Positions 34,480 through 45,430 of a stretch of 64,000 nt of DNA are shown here, one piece after another. Numbering within the stretch: position 1 is the first letter of the stretch; each line of letters opens with the position of its first letter. Location of the stretch: contig CAWEDJ010000040.1 in the NCBI GenBank assembly GCA_963807635.1, positions 40,733-104,732 on the forward strand. Reading direction: 5' to 3'. A model generated the notes under the pieces. It saw nothing but the letters and a program-made list of their open reading frames with translations, searched no databases and was not told the origin of the DNA. The position numbers and the translations under genes were made by a program. This DNA is from an uncultured cyanobacterium (GTDB lineage: Bacteria; Cyanobacteriota; Cyanobacteriia; Cyanobacteriales; Microcystaceae).

Positions 34480-35082
34480 GTGAAAAACCGTGACTATACC
34501 TTAATCATTGATAAAAGCGGCAGTATGTCCACTCCCGATCAAAGGGGAGGACGTAGCCGTTGGGATGAAGCCAAGGAATCCACCATTGCTCTTGCCCGCA
34601 AATGTGAACAATTTGACCCCGATGGCATTACGGTCTATGTTTTTTCCAGCCGTTTTCGCCGTTATGATAACGTCACCGCCAGTAAAGTTGAACAGATTTT
34701 TCAGGAAAATGATCCTGCGGGTTCGACTAATTTAACAATGGTATTGACCGATGCCACTAATCATTATTTTCAACGAAAAAAGGCAGGACAAGCCAAGGCT
34801 GAAGGAGAAACCATTCTCGTGATTACCGATGGAGAGCCTGACGATCGCCGTTCCGTCATTGATATTATTATTGAAACCACCCGCCGTCTAGAACGGGATG
34901 AAGAACTTGCGATTTCTTTTATTCAAGTGGGTTCCGATAGCGGTGCCACTAAATTTTTAAAAGCCCTGGATGATCAACTCCAGGATGTGGGGGCTAAATT
35001 TGATATTTGCGATACCATCACAATGGATGATATGTCGGAAATGAGTCTGTCCGAAGTTTTGATGAATGCGATCGCAGATTAG
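34480..35082 (+). CDS. vWA domain protein
   Basis: DKSGSM MIDAS motif, ITDGEP; likely GTG start 34480. Confidence 0.85.
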   Translation: MKNRDYTLIIDKSGSMSTPDQRGGRSRWDEAKESTIALARKCEQFDPDGITVYVFSSRFRRYDNVTASKVEQIFQENDPAGSTNLTMVLTDATNHYFQRKKAGQAKAEGETILVITDGEPDDRRSVIDIIIETTRRLERDEELAISFIQVGSDSGATKFLKALDDQLQDVGAKFDICDTITMDDMSEMSLSEVLMNAIAD

Positions 35083-35134
35083 TTTTTTCTATTTAGAAAT
35101 GTTTAGTGAATTTTAACAGTTTAGAGGTGAAATC

Positions 35135-35701
35135 ATGCTCACTCAAGAACGGGTTTATAGTCCCATTGAATATTTGGCATTAGAAGAAAATGCCGAAGTC
35201 AGAAATGAATTTATTGACGGAGAAATTGTAGCAATGGCAGGAGGAACCACTCAACATAACGAATTAGTAACCAATCTTTGTTTATGTCTAAAGCCCCAAA
35301 TGCGGAAACGAGGCGGAAAAGTTTACACAGAAAATGTAAAATTACGCATCCCAGATTTTAATGTTTTCACCTATCCCGATGTCATGATTATTGCTGGGGA
35401 ACCCATTTACGAAGAAAACACTAAAACCACTATCCTTAATCCTACGGTAATTTTTGAAGTGCTATCTCCAGGAACCAAAGATTACGATCAGGGTCGGAAA
35501 TTTGAATTTTATCGTTCCGTTACTTCTTTAAAAGATTATATTCTCATCGATCAAGAGCGTTGCTTAGTCATGGTCTATCAAAAAACCGATACGAATGAAT
35601 GGAAATTAAGGCTTTTAGATAATATTAATGCTAATTTTATTTTAGATTCGGTGGGCATAGAACTGAATTTAGCTGATATTTACGAAGATATTTATTCTTA
35701 A
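35135..35701 (+). CDS. Uma2 (DUF820) family endonuclease-fold protein
   Basis: EFIDGEIVAMAGGT..HN, YPDV, EVLSP, K...Y. Confidence 0.9.
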   Translation: MLTQERVYSPIEYLALEENAEVRNEFIDGEIVAMAGGTTQHNELVTNLCLCLKPQMRKRGGKVYTENVKLRIPDFNVFTYPDVMIIAGEPIYEENTKTTILNPTVIFEVLSPGTKDYDQGRKFEFYRSVTSLKDYILIDQERCLVMVYQKTDTNEWKLRLLDNINANFILDSVGIELNLADIYEDIYS

Positions 35702-35719
35702 TAATTGTAGGTTAATCCT

Positions 35720-36085
35720 ATGGACTCCATTGATAAACTCCTAGCGGCTCTAGAGGCTGTCGATAATCCGAAAGTAAACCGCGATCGCCTCCAGCCTTCG
35801 CCCCCTATTCCTGCCAAATCCAATGATATTGACGCGCTCTTAAATAGAGTTAAAAGAGATTTTGAACAAAAAGAATTAGTCGAAATTCAAACAGAAAAAG
35901 TCAAGTTACAACAACAACAGCAACAGAAAAAAGCAAGTTTAGAAAGAACAGCTAGACAATGGCTCAAAAATTTAGATCCGCTTTCGGGTGAAGGGCTTTG
36001 GTTTACGGATTTTGCCCGAAATTTTTCTTCTCCCCTAGAAGCCGCGATCGCCTATTTAGAACCCCATGAAAATCATCAAACCTGA
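35720..36085 (+). CDS. Cyanobacterial hypothetical protein (Slr1339-like)
   Basis: C-terminal WLKNLDPLSGEGLWF..FA....SPLEAAIAYL. Confidence 0.65.
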   Translation: MDSIDKLLAALEAVDNPKVNRDRLQPSPPIPAKSNDIDALLNRVKRDFEQKELVEIQTEKVKLQQQQQQKKASLERTARQWLKNLDPLSGEGLWFTDFARNFSSPLEAAIAYLEPHENHQT

Positions 36086-36193
36086 AGCTTTTTTAACAAA
36101 TCTCCCCTATTCTAATGGGACAAGATACGATAGTTAAGAATAGATTTTATCTAAACTGGATAATGAATTTTTAAGTGTGATCGACTGTGAGGA

Positions 36194-36832
36194 GTGTGTA
36201 TGAAACTAAAATTGAATTTTGGACGGGTTCTACCGCATCGCTCCCGACGGGGATTCTTTACCTGGGCGATCGCGAGTCTATTGAGCGTTAGTAGTATCAG
36301 CGCGTTTCTGCCCCAATCGTTGCAAGCTCAGTATGCTCCCACCGCAACCCGACAACAAAATCCTTGGCAATATGCCTCCTTTCCCGTTGAAAATTTCCAA
36401 GCCTATACTTCGGGTTATGGTTATCGTTCTTCTCCCGTCGATGGTTCTAGCCAATTCCATTACGGCTTAGATTTGGCCGCTCCTGTGGGTAGTTATGTCC
36501 GAAGTTGGTGGATGGGTCAAGTGGTGGAATTATCGGATAATACGGCCTGTGGAACCATGATCAAGATTCAATCAGGGGATTGGCAACACGTTTATTGTCA
36601 TCTCATGGGAAGGGTGCAAAGCGATCGCAACACCCGTTATCTAGTGGATCGAGAGGGCGGTATTGTCCTACAACTGGGTCAGGAGATTCCCGCAGGAGCA
36701 AGGATCGCTAGAGTCGGAATGACAGGCAGAACCACAGGGCCACACTTACATTGGGGACTCAAATACGCCAATAATTATCTTGATCCAGCCTTAGTCTTAC
36801 AAGCTATGTTTACAACACAGGCTAAGTTATAG
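36194..36832 (+). CDS. M23 family peptidase
   Basis: HYGLDLAAP, YCHL, TGRTTGPHLHW. Confidence 0.9.
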   Translation: MCMKLKLNFGRVLPHRSRRGFFTWAIASLLSVSSISAFLPQSLQAQYAPTATRQQNPWQYASFPVENFQAYTSGYGYRSSPVDGSSQFHYGLDLAAPVGSYVRSWWMGQVVELSDNTACGTMIKIQSGDWQHVYCHLMGRVQSDRNTRYLVDREGGIVLQLGQEIPAGARIARVGMTGRTTGPHLHWGLKYANNYLDPALVLQAMFTTQAKL

Positions 36833-36862
36833 AACCTCTTTAGCTCGAAAATCGCAGTTCTT

Positions 36863-36947
36863 GCCTCCTAAATCCCCCAATACTGGTGGACTTACCACAA
36901 TCAGACTAATCTTAACTTTCCCCTCAAAATTGGGGGGCTAGGGGGGC
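36863..36947. repeat. Inverted-repeat REP/MITE-like element between convergent genes
   Basis: GCCTCCTAAATCCCCCAAT ... ATTGGGGGGCTAGGGGGGC imperfect inverted pair. Confidence 0.6.
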
Positions 36948-36965
36948 GAAAAATTAAAATATTGC

Positions 36966-37358
36966 TCAAGAATCCTGAAAAATCTGAATTTTGGGAAAGG
37001 GAAAGGGCTGATTTTGACTCAAATTTTCGACAAAAAACTGGACGCGATCGGGTTCAATCTGTTGTAATTGCTGTAGCAGTTCGTAGCTCTGACTCACTAA
37101 GGCACTGACATCAATATTGGCATAACTCGGCTGAAAATAACTCAACCGACGAACCCCTTCTCCCAAAAGAGTGACCGTCCCCCGCCAGTTATAATTTCCC
37201 AGATGGTAACAAGCAACCGCAATCTGGAGGATTCCTTGATAAAAATTTTTCTCTGTCGCGATCGCATCCATCCAAATTGCCTCTAGGGTATCGTGACAAT
37301 CATAAAATTCTTCTTGATTGAACTGCTCGATACCCTGCCAAAATTCAGGAGATTCCAT
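36966..37358 (-). CDS. DUF309 family protein
   Basis: FN...FYDCHDTLEAIW...YQGILQIAV..YH. Confidence 0.88.
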   Translation of the reverse strand: MESPEFWQGIEQFNQEEFYDCHDTLEAIWMDAIATEKNFYQGILQIAVACYHLGNYNWRGTVTLLGEGVRRLSYFQPSYANIDVSALVSQSYELLQQLQQIEPDRVQFFVENLSQNQPFPFPKIQIFQDS

Positions 37359-37379
37359 AGGTCTAACTCAAATTTGAAC

Positions 37380-37742
37380 CTATGCCGACATACTCGCCCT
37401 GACTTCTTTGAGTAATTCCAAGGAAATTTCCTGCTCTTTTCCCGCAAAATCATTTTCCGCAGGAAGAAACAACATACAATGACAGTCATTCCGTTCCCGC
37501 ATGGGGACACAGGGACAATTCCAAAAGGTATTTTTGACTTCTGCTTCTTTGTCTTCGTAATGACGACAGGGGCAAAGAGGTGAGCCTAAATCACTTTTAT
37601 GTTTAGCGAGTCCCTCAATTACCACTGCTGTTACGGAAAGATCGCTACAAAAATAAGTATTTGTCCGTTTGGCGTACTGCTCGGCAAAGTTTTTCATTGC
37701 CACCAGCATTTTGTCATCACTGTTCGTATTTTCTGTTGTCAT
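37380..37742 (-). CDS. ftrC: Ferredoxin-thioredoxin reductase catalytic subunit
   Basis: CPCRHY, WNCPCVPM, CHCMLF. Confidence 0.95.
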   Translation of the reverse strand: MTTENTNSDDKMLVAMKNFAEQYAKRTNTYFCSDLSVTAVVIEGLAKHKSDLGSPLCPCRHYEDKEAEVKNTFWNCPCVPMRERNDCHCMLFLPAENDFAGKEQEISLELLKEVRASMSA

Positions 37743-37802
37743 GGATTTTAGGAGAAATCAATAGGGTCGTTATTAGAGCGACAGTTTACATTATGCCATT
37801 CT

Positions 37803-38714
37803 CTAGCTTGTCTTTTTTGCGAAAAAAGCTAAAAATTTACAAAGAATACCAACGGTTACGGCGGGCAATTCCAAGTGGGGAGTTAAGCCTGCACCTTCTA
37901 TTTCCTGAAATAATTGGATAGCATCAGGATTTAAATCCGCTAAGCGTTTTCCCACTTCAGAGGTGGTAAATCGAGCTTCTTTTCCCCATAAAATCGCCGT
38001 CGGTATGGTGAGTTGAGAAATATATTTAGATAAATCAAAACAGAGATCCCCCCGCACAAAAGACAAAGCCGCATATTCAGCGTTACTCTGGGTTGCCGAT
38101 TCTAGATAGGCTTCAGTAATTTCAGGAAACAGCAGATCGGGATTAGCAAATTGACGATTTTCTAAAAAATTTTGGATACCTGCACTATTGGCGATTCCCA
38201 CACTATAAATAAATTTATCTAACACGGGAACGCTGACCATTTGGGCAAAGAAATTTTTACTATAATCTTCTCCAAAATCCGACAATCCCGTGGGAGTTGA
38301 TAGAATTAAATTCTGAAAAAGATCGGGACGGGCGATCGCGGCTCGAATGGTAATCGCGGCTACCAAGGAAGAGGCAATCACAATGGGCGGTTGTTCACAG
38401 GTTTTTTCAATAAATTCAATAATCGTATCAATATAATCCTGGGGCTGATAATTCCGTTCAGGATGCTCAGAACGACCCCAACCGATTAAATCTGGGGCTA
38501 AAATGCGATAATCCCAAGCAAAAGCAGGATAAACCTTTGACCATTCGTAAGCCGACGAGCCTCCTCCAAAACCATGTAAAAAAATAAGAGTCGATTTCTC
38601 TTTGCCCCTGGGAACCTTTTCATCCACCCAAGGAGCTTTTGTGGGGGAATAATAAACCATTGTTCCAAGAGAAGTAACAACGGAGTTTCTTTCTACACCA
38701 ATTGGTTCAATCAT
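37803..38714 (-). CDS. Alpha/beta-fold hydrolase
   Basis: FLHGFGGG, APDLIGWGRS, ASSL nucleophile elbow. Confidence 0.85.
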   Translation of the reverse strand: MIEPIGVERNSVVTSLGTMVYYSPTKAPWVDEKVPRGKEKSTLIFLHGFGGGSSAYEWSKVYPAFAWDYRILAPDLIGWGRSEHPERNYQPQDYIDTIIEFIEKTCEQPPIVIASSLVAAITIRAAIARPDLFQNLILSTPTGLSDFGEDYSKNFFAQMVSVPVLDKFIYSVGIANSAGIQNFLENRQFANPDLLFPEITEAYLESATQSNAEYAALSFVRGDLCFDLSKYISQLTIPTAILWGKEARFTTSEVGKRLADLNPDAIQLFQEIEGAGLTPHLELPAVTVGILCKFLAFFAKKTS

Positions 38715-38857
38715 GGTAATTTGGGATAATTTTGCTCTAAAGATTGAGGTTAAATGGAAAGTCTAGAAGATTTTTACAGGATTAAAAAAACAATCAAAAT
38801 TTAAACATTTCAGTCAGAATCAGGTTAAATAAAAGTGTCTAAAAAAATGCGCCGACC

Positions 38858-39205
38858 TCAAAGAAAACGGTCTAGAGCCGCTTTTAATTCTTCAATTTCA
38901 CTTTCAATATTACCTTCCTTCGCTGCCCGTGTGATACATTCGCTCAAATGTTCATCCAAAATCAACCTCGCCACGCGATCGATCGCACCCCGAACCGCCG
39001 CAACTTGAATGAGGACTTCGGGACAAGGGCGACTTTCTGTGACCATTGTTTTAATTCCCCGCACATGGCCTTCTATGCGAGAGAGTCGATTAATAATTTG
39101 ACGGAGGGACGCATCGCTGTGGATATGGTCAGTCTGATGTTCTGGGTGGCTATGGGGCGCGGGATGAAGGGGGGAAATAGAATTTGAGAACGATTGACTT
39201 TCCAT
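38858..39205 (-). CDS. inrS: CsoR/RcnR-family metal-sensing repressor, InrS-like
   Basis: His-rich N-terminus; NRLSRIEGHVRGIKTMV...PCPEVLIQVAAVRGA...HLSECITRAA; probable ATG 39205. Confidence 0.8.
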   Translation of the reverse strand: MESQSFSNSISPLHPAPHSHPEHQTDHIHSDASLRQIINRLSRIEGHVRGIKTMVTESRPCPEVLIQVAAVRGAIDRVARLILDEHLSECITRAAKEGNIESEIEELKAALDRFL

Positions 39206-39621
39206 TTCTTTCAGGATTGGTGTGACTCTGGGATTACCTGCTTGATTGTAACTTCTTTTTTGCGATCGCACTTTTTGGGGCTAATTTCCTCCGTTGGGCA
39301 GGGAAGCCAACGCTTTAAGGTTGATCATTTAGACAAAAAAGTATGATTAAGCTTTTTCAGCTTCTAATCACCGTAATGTTTCTATCAACGAGACTGATGA
39401 CTAATTCGGTAGAAATTTGATTTTCAGAGATGCAAAAACTCTACTTACTAGGAATATTTACAAATCTAAATAAATTAGAGGAGCGATCGCCAGAGTGAAT
39501 ACTGTTTCAAAAAGAGGATTTTCATTAATCTTCATAAACCGACGGTGACCTTGGAGAATATGATTGAGATAATCTTGGCTGTCAATACAGATCAATCAAT
39601 TATCATTACAAAATCACAACA

Positions 39622-41064
39622 ATGTCTAACAGTCTTTTAACCGTTGCCTATATCGCGGCTAGTGTGCTTTTTATCTTTAGTCTCGGCGGTCTTTCTAATC
39701 AAGAAACTGCTCGTCAGGGCAATATCTATGGCATCTGTGGAATGCTAATTGCCTTTATTGCGACGGCGTTAAATTATCAATTTACAGGTTATTTCACCCT
39801 ACTGGGAGCGATCGCGCCTGCGGTGATGATTGGTGCAGTATTGGCTAGCCGTGTTGCCATGACATCCATGCCTGAACTAGTGGCAATTTTGCATAGTTTT
39901 GTCGGTTTAGCGGCGGTTTTAGTCGGCATTGCTAATTATCTTGCCCCTGACCCCAATATCGTCGGGGTAGAAGAAACAATTCACCAAATCGAAATCTATG
40001 TCGGGGTGTTTATTGGAGCCGTGACCTTTACGGGATCGATTGTGGCCTTTGGCAAGCTCCGCGCCATCATCAGTAGTAAACCCTTGATGTTACCCGCTCG
40101 ACATTTGTTGAATATTTCTCTCCTAGTTGCGACAGTATTATTAGGCATTCAATTTATGCAGGCTCCTGATTTACAAGGACTCCAGCCATTATTAATTATG
40201 TCTGCGATCGCGGGTTTATTGGGACTTCATCTCGTTGCGGCGATCGGGGGAGCCGATATGCCAGTGGTGATCTCCATGCTCAATAGCTATTCAGGCTGGG
40301 CGGCGGCGGCGGCAGGATTTATGTTATCCAATGATTTATTAATCGTGGTCGGAGCCTTAGTGGGAAGCAGTGGGGCAATCCTCAGCTTCATTATGTGTAA
40401 AGCCATGAATCGCTCTTTTATTAGCGTTATTTTAGGCGGTTTTGGGGAAGGAAGCAGTAAAATAGCGACAAAAGCTGAAACGCCAACGGGAACGGTTACG
40501 GCAACCACCGCCGAGGAAGTGGCGGATTTGTTGATGGATGCCCAAAGTGTGATTATTGCTCCTGGTTACGGAATCGCCATTGCCCAGGCTCAACACGCGG
40601 TTTCTGATATTACCAAATTACTCCGCAGTCGCAAAATCAAAGTTCGTTTTGGGATTCACCCCGTAGCAGGGCGTTTACCAGGTCACATGAATGTGTTGCT
40701 GGCTGAAGCCAATGTTCCTTACGATATTGTTCTAGAAATGGACGAAATTAATGAAGATTTTCCTGAAACCGATGTCGTTCTGGTCATTGGAGCCAATGAT
40801 ACCGTTAATCCCAGTGCTTTAGAAGATCCCAGTTGCGCGATCGCAGGAATGCCCGTCCTAGAAGTTTGGAAAGCCCATAACGTTATTGTCATGAAACGCA
40901 GTATGGCTAGTGGTTATGCAGGAGTTGAAAATCCGTTATTTTTTAAAGAAAATACCCAAATGCTCTTTGGTGATGCGAAGAAAAATGTCGATGCAATCCT
41001 CACCCATTTGCGGGAAAAAGAGGGTTCTACTTATTCTGAAAAGATCTTGGTAAAAGCTTCTTAA
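39622..41064 (+). CDS. pntB: NAD(P) transhydrogenase subunit beta
   Basis: [45 protein letters not shown]. Confidence 0.96.
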   Translation: MSNSLLTVAYIAASVLFIFSLGGLSNQETARQGNIYGICGMLIAFIATALNYQFTGYFTLLGAIAPAVMIGAVLASRVAMTSMPELVAILHSFVGLAAVLVGIANYLAPDPNIVGVEETIHQIEIYVGVFIGAVTFTGSIVAFGKLRAIISSKPLMLPARHLLNISLLVATVLLGIQFMQAPDLQGLQPLLIMSAIAGLLGLHLVAAIGGADMPVVISMLNSYSGWAAAAAGFMLSNDLLIVVGALVGSSGAILSFIMCKAMNRSFISVILGGFGEGSSKIATKAETPTGTVTATTAEEVADLLMDAQSVIIAPGYGIAIAQAQHAVSDITKLLRSRKIKVRFGIHPVAGRLPGHMNVLLAEANVPYDIVLEMDEINEDFPETDVVLVIGANDTVNPSALEDPSCAIAGMPVLEVWKAHNVIVMKRSMASGYAGVENPLFFKENTQMLFGDAKKNVDAILTHLREKEGSTYSEKILVKAS

Positions 41065-41188
41065 AAAGAAAGGTTGAAGCATTTGATGCGATCGCCTTTC
41101 ATAAATTCTCCTCTTTCAAGTGCGATCGCGGTTTTCCTGCCCAATTACGGACTAGTTGCGACTGCCCAAAAAAGAGAATCGGCACGAA

Positions 41189-41842
41189 TCAACGTCTTGA
41201 ACGTCTTGGGAAAAACATCTTCAACTTCTTGATAGTTCGTTTCTGTCTCAAAGTAAGTACTGGAACCGTTCTATATTCTTTTAGGGCATCATTATCACTC
41301 TGTTGTTGTACGTGATTTTCTATTAAGTCTTTATTATTATGAAATTCATTATCAATTAAATTACTCAAATCTATTATTTTTTCACTAGAGAGTCCACGCA
41401 ATTCTTTGATTAAATCTTGTAAATTTAAAACGTCCTTCAATGGATTAAATTCAAAAAGATTTTGTGTGTCAAATGCTTTATAGTTTTGTTGCTTTGGCCC
41501 TAGAAAAAGGAATTTTAAACAAGTAAAATTTTTATAAGATTCATTTTCGATAAATGTAGCTATTGTTTGTTTTATTTTCCGCCTACTTTGACCTTCACAA
41601 GTATAAGTCACCTGAAAGCAAATTTTTTTATTATAATCGCCTAAATCGATTGCGGCACAATTTTTTATATTGTTCAAGTTAACTAGATTGTAATCGTAGA
41701 TAATATTCAATACTTTAGCCATAAAACTCTCAGCAATAATATTCTGATCAACCAATCCAATAAGACCTCTATTTCGTGTTGTATATTCTAGAATACCAAG
41801 ATTATCAGAAATGTTTTTTATTAATTGTTCTTGCTTCAACAT
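41189..41842 (-). CDS. SMEK-domain protein, possibly C-terminally truncated
   Basis: L.D.N..AESF...LN..Y...L.NLN....AAIDLGD....ICFQVT...KI..T pattern; very AT-rich. Confidence 0.7.
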   Translation of the reverse strand: MLKQEQLIKNISDNLGILEYTTRNRGLIGLVDQNIIAESFMAKVLNIIYDYNLVNLNNIKNCAAIDLGDYNKKICFQVTYTCEGQSRRKIKQTIATFIENESYKNFTCLKFLFLGPKQQNYKAFDTQNLFEFNPLKDVLNLQDLIKELRGLSSEKIIDLSNLIDNEFHNNKDLIENHVQQQSDNDALKEYRTVPVLTLRQKRTIKKLKMFFPRRSRR

Positions 41843-42185
41843 ACCGTTTATTTTCTGTAGATGTTTATTCTGTGTATTGTCATTGTCCTATTGGAGACAT
41901 TTTTGAAATAATATACTATTGTGACTTGACTTCAACTCGAATTAATATAAAGAGTGATTACCCCTGAATTTTATAAATGGTTTACGTCAAACTAATTGTC
42001 TGTGATAAATTGCCCATATAAAAAAGTTATCGCTCTTTGTCATAACCAATTTTAACAAAAATGATCGCCTCTTAATTCTTCATCAAAAAAGCGATCGCCC
42101 TTGACCTTCCCGATTAAAACAAAAAATTTAACGATAGACACCGTTTATAATGAACACAGTTTTCCATTCAATTTCTTACTGACCT

Positions 42186-42446
42186 ATGGCTCGTCTAGAT
42201 CCCTATAACCTGCGTATGCAGATCAGTCGAATGTTTGAGCAGGGACAATCTTTGTTTGTTAACTTTAAAGTAGAGGATTGGCTCCGAGAGCGTGGCGTTG
42301 ATCCCAATGACTATATTATTACTTTCCATCAAAAAACTGCTCCAAAAGGCTCCAATCTGAAAATGATCGTAGAAATCGAACTCCGTCGCAAGGATGGCCA
42401 GCCCGTTGACCCCGAACTTCAAGCAGATATTAATTATTTTGCTTAA
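42186..42446 (+). CDS. Hypothetical protein (86 aa)
   Basis: Plausible ORF directly upstream of and co-oriented with the P-type ATPase. Confidence 0.6.
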   Translation: MARLDPYNLRMQISRMFEQGQSLFVNFKVEDWLRERGVDPNDYIITFHQKTAPKGSNLKMIVEIELRRKDGQPVDPELQADINYFA

Positions 42447-42524
42447 GGCTTTGCTTGCGATCTTCCAAATTCCCCACAAAATTCCAAAACTTAGAACTTA
42501 AATTTTTTCTTTTAATCCTTACCT

Positions 42525-44930
42525 ATGGTGCAACTTTCCCCACCAACCATCGCAACCGAACCCAAAAATGCGATCGCCGATCAAAATTTACCCCTTGCGA
42601 TCGCCACCTTAGACGTTCAGGGAATGAAATGTGCAGGCTGTGTCAGTGCGGTAGAGCGTCAATTAACCCAAAATTCGGGGGTGGTTTCCGCTTGTGTGAA
42701 TCTTGTCACTGAGGTTGCCGTTGTTAAATACCAGGAAGGAGAAATTGCCCCTGAAACCCTCGCCGAAAAATTAAGCGATCGCGGATTTCCTGCCCAACTA
42801 CGAACCAGTTCCGAGTCACACAAGAAGAGAATTAACACCCATCAACGTCGGCAACAGGCACAAAAAGAACAACTCTGGGGATTGAGCGTGGCGGCTCTAC
42901 TGTTGATTTTTTCGGGAATTGGCCATTGGGGACACATTAGCGGTAAACCCCTACCCATTCTCAGCAATATTTGGTTTCATTGGGGTTTGGCAACTTTAGC
43001 TTTACTGATTCCTGGAAGAAGCATAATTGTGGATGGATGGCGCAGTTTATGGCACGGAATGCCCAGTATGAATACCCTCGTAGGTTTGGGAACCTGTAGC
43101 GCCTATTTAGCCAGTTTTGCGGCTTTACTGTTTCCTGCTTTGGGTTGGGAATGCTTTTTTGATGAACCCGTGATGCTGTTGGGATTTATCCTCCTCGGTC
43201 GTACCCTAGAAGCCAAAGCCCGCCATCGAGCCTCTGCCGCCCTAGAAGCCCTGGTCGCCCTTCAACCGTCTATTGCCTGTTTATTAGGAAATCCCGACCA
43301 ATTAGACCAATCAGGGATTGAAATTCCCGTAGAACAGGTGCGAGTCGGCGAATGGCTCAGAATTTTGCCAGGTGAAAAGATTCCCGTTGATGCCAAGATT
43401 ACGGCGGGAAATAGCACCATTGATGAATCATTGTTAACAGGAGAATCTATTCCAGTCCTGAAACAAAAGGGAGATAACGCGATCGCGGGAACGGTTAATC
43501 AATCGGGAGTATTGGTCATAGAAGCGACAAGAATTGGGGAAGACACAACCCTGGCTCAGATTATTAGCTCGGTCGAAGAAGCCCAAACGCGCAAAGTCCC
43601 GATTCAACAATTGGCTGATACGGTGGCGGGTTATTTTGCCTATGGAGTCATGGCGATCGCGTTGGTAACTTTTCTGTTTTGGGAATTTTGGGGAACGAGT
43701 CTATTTCCGTCGGTTTTATCTGCCTCAATGGGTCACTTTATGCCCGAAATGACCGAACCCATGACGACGACTCCCCTTTTATTAAGTCTGAAGCTCGCGA
43801 TCGCGGTTTTAGTGATTGCCTGTCCCTGCGCCTTGGGTTTAGCCACACCCACTGCCATTTTAGTCGGAACGGGAATTGGAGCAGAACGGGGGTTATTAAT
43901 TAAAGGCGGCGATATTTTAGAAAAAACGAAAAAACTCAACACGATTGTTTTTGATAAAACAGGAACCCTCACCCTCGGTCATCCTAGCGTGACAGATTAT
44001 TTATTAATCGGTGATATAACCGAAGAAAGGCTTTTACAACTGGCGGCAACGGTCGAAAATGGAACCAATCATCCCCTAGCGGTCGCAATTCTCAAAACAG
44101 CCCAGGATCGAGGCTTAGATTTATTAGAAGCCCAGAATTTTTATACCAAACCAGGTTTGGGCGTAATTGCCGAGATTGCAAACCAAAAAGTTTTACTGGG
44201 AAATGAAAACTGGTTAACCCAATATCAGATTCCCATTACTGAACAATATCGCAGTCAAATTGCGGAATTATCCCAGGCAGGTAAAACCCTGGTTTATGTG
44301 GCAATTAATGAAACGTTAGTTGGGATCATTGCCCTACAGGATCAACTTCGTCCCGATGCTCAAGTTACGGTTCAAAAACTGCAAGAATTAGGCTTAGAAG
44401 TCATTTTACTCACGGGAGATCAACCCTTAGTCGCCAACGCGATCGCGTCTCAAGTGGGGATTCCCAAGGTTTTTTCCCAAGTCCAACCCGATCAAAAAGT
44501 GGCCATTATTCAATCTCTGCAAAAGACATCTGACAATCTTAAAAAATCCGTCGCAATGGTCGGAGATGGGATTAATGATGCACCCGCCCTAGCCCAGGCT
44601 GATGTGGGAATTTCTCTACGGGGAGCCACCGATGTCGCCCGATCTACTGCCGATATGGTTTTAATGCGATCGCAACTATCGGATATTATCGCGGCGATCG
44701 AATTAAGCAATGCTACGGTTAAAAAAATTCAAGAAAATCTAGTCTGGGCCTTGGGATATAATGTGATCGCCATTCCCGTTGCCGCAGGAGTTTTGTTACC
44801 CCAATGGGGATTAATCTTAAGTCCTGCGATCGCGGGAGCTTTTATGGCTGTGAGTTCCATTATTGTTGTCACCAACTCGTTAGGATTACGCCGTCAATTT
44901 CCCTTAAAATTTTCAACCAAACCCCAATAA
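42525..44930 (+). CDS. ctaA: Copper-translocating P1B-type ATPase, CtaA-like
   Basis: GMKCAGC, TGES, CPCALGLATP, DKTGT, HP, GDGINDAP, YN. Confidence 0.85.
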   Translation: MVQLSPPTIATEPKNAIADQNLPLAIATLDVQGMKCAGCVSAVERQLTQNSGVVSACVNLVTEVAVVKYQEGEIAPETLAEKLSDRGFPAQLRTSSESHKKRINTHQRRQQAQKEQLWGLSVAALLLIFSGIGHWGHISGKPLPILSNIWFHWGLATLALLIPGRSIIVDGWRSLWHGMPSMNTLVGLGTCSAYLASFAALLFPALGWECFFDEPVMLLGFILLGRTLEAKARHRASAALEALVALQPSIACLLGNPDQLDQSGIEIPVEQVRVGEWLRILPGEKIPVDAKITAGNSTIDESLLTGESIPVLKQKGDNAIAGTVNQSGVLVIEATRIGEDTTLAQIISSVEEAQTRKVPIQQLADTVAGYFAYGVMAIALVTFLFWEFWGTSLFPSVLSASMGHFMPEMTEPMTTTPLLLSLKLAIAVLVIACPCALGLATPTAILVGTGIGAERGLLIKGGDILEKTKKLNTIVFDKTGTLTLGHPSVTDYLLIGDITEERLLQLAATVENGTNHPLAVAILKTAQDRGLDLLEAQNFYTKPGLGVIAEIANQKVLLGNENWLTQYQIPITEQYRSQIAELSQAGKTLVYVAINETLVGIIALQDQLRPDAQVTVQKLQELGLEVILLTGDQPLVANAIASQVGIPKVFSQVQPDQKVAIIQSLQKTSDNLKKSVAMVGDGINDAPALAQADVGISLRGATDVARSTADMVLMRSQLSDIIAAIELSNATVKKIQENLVWALGYNVIAIPVAAGVLLPQWGLILSPAIAGAFMAVSSIIVVTNSLGLRRQFPLKFSTKPQ

Positions 44931-44956
44931 TCGTCGAACGGTTTAAGCAAGCTCCC

Positions 44957-45430
44957 ATGACCCAACGAACAGCTAATACGAAGGAAGAACATTACCTCAT
45001 TATTCAGGATAATCGAGGCAGAAGGGAACTTTTATTAACTGAAAATATATATACCTTGGGGCGATCAGCTAATTGTGACATTATTATCAAATCCCAATTT
45101 GTCTCCCGACATCATGCGACCCTCCTCCGTCATCAAAGAGAAGATAATTCCCTTTATTATGAGATTATCGATGGCAATGGAGCCGACAAAGTTAGTGCCA
45201 ACGGACTCTTATTTAATAGTAAAAAAATCTTCCAGCACAATCTACGGTCTGGGGATGAAATTATTTTTGGCCCTCAAATTTCTATTGTGTATCAGTACCG
45301 TCAACGCAATGAGTTTCTTAGTTTCCCTGGGAATGATCCCTTTGACATCACTCTCATCGATCCCAGCATGATGGATGATGATATTCCTACCCTGATGCCC
45401 ACAACCCGAACTCAGGACAATCCAATTTAG
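44957..45430 (+). CDS. FHA domain protein
   Basis: LGRS..CDI.....VSRHHA...SANG; likely ATG 44957. Confidence 0.85.
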   Translation: MTQRTANTKEEHYLIIQDNRGRRELLLTENIYTLGRSANCDIIIKSQFVSRHHATLLRHQREDNSLYYEIIDGNGADKVSANGLLFNSKKIFQHNLRSGDEIIFGPQISIVYQYRQRNEFLSFPGNDPFDITLIDPSMMDDDIPTLMPTTRTQDNPI

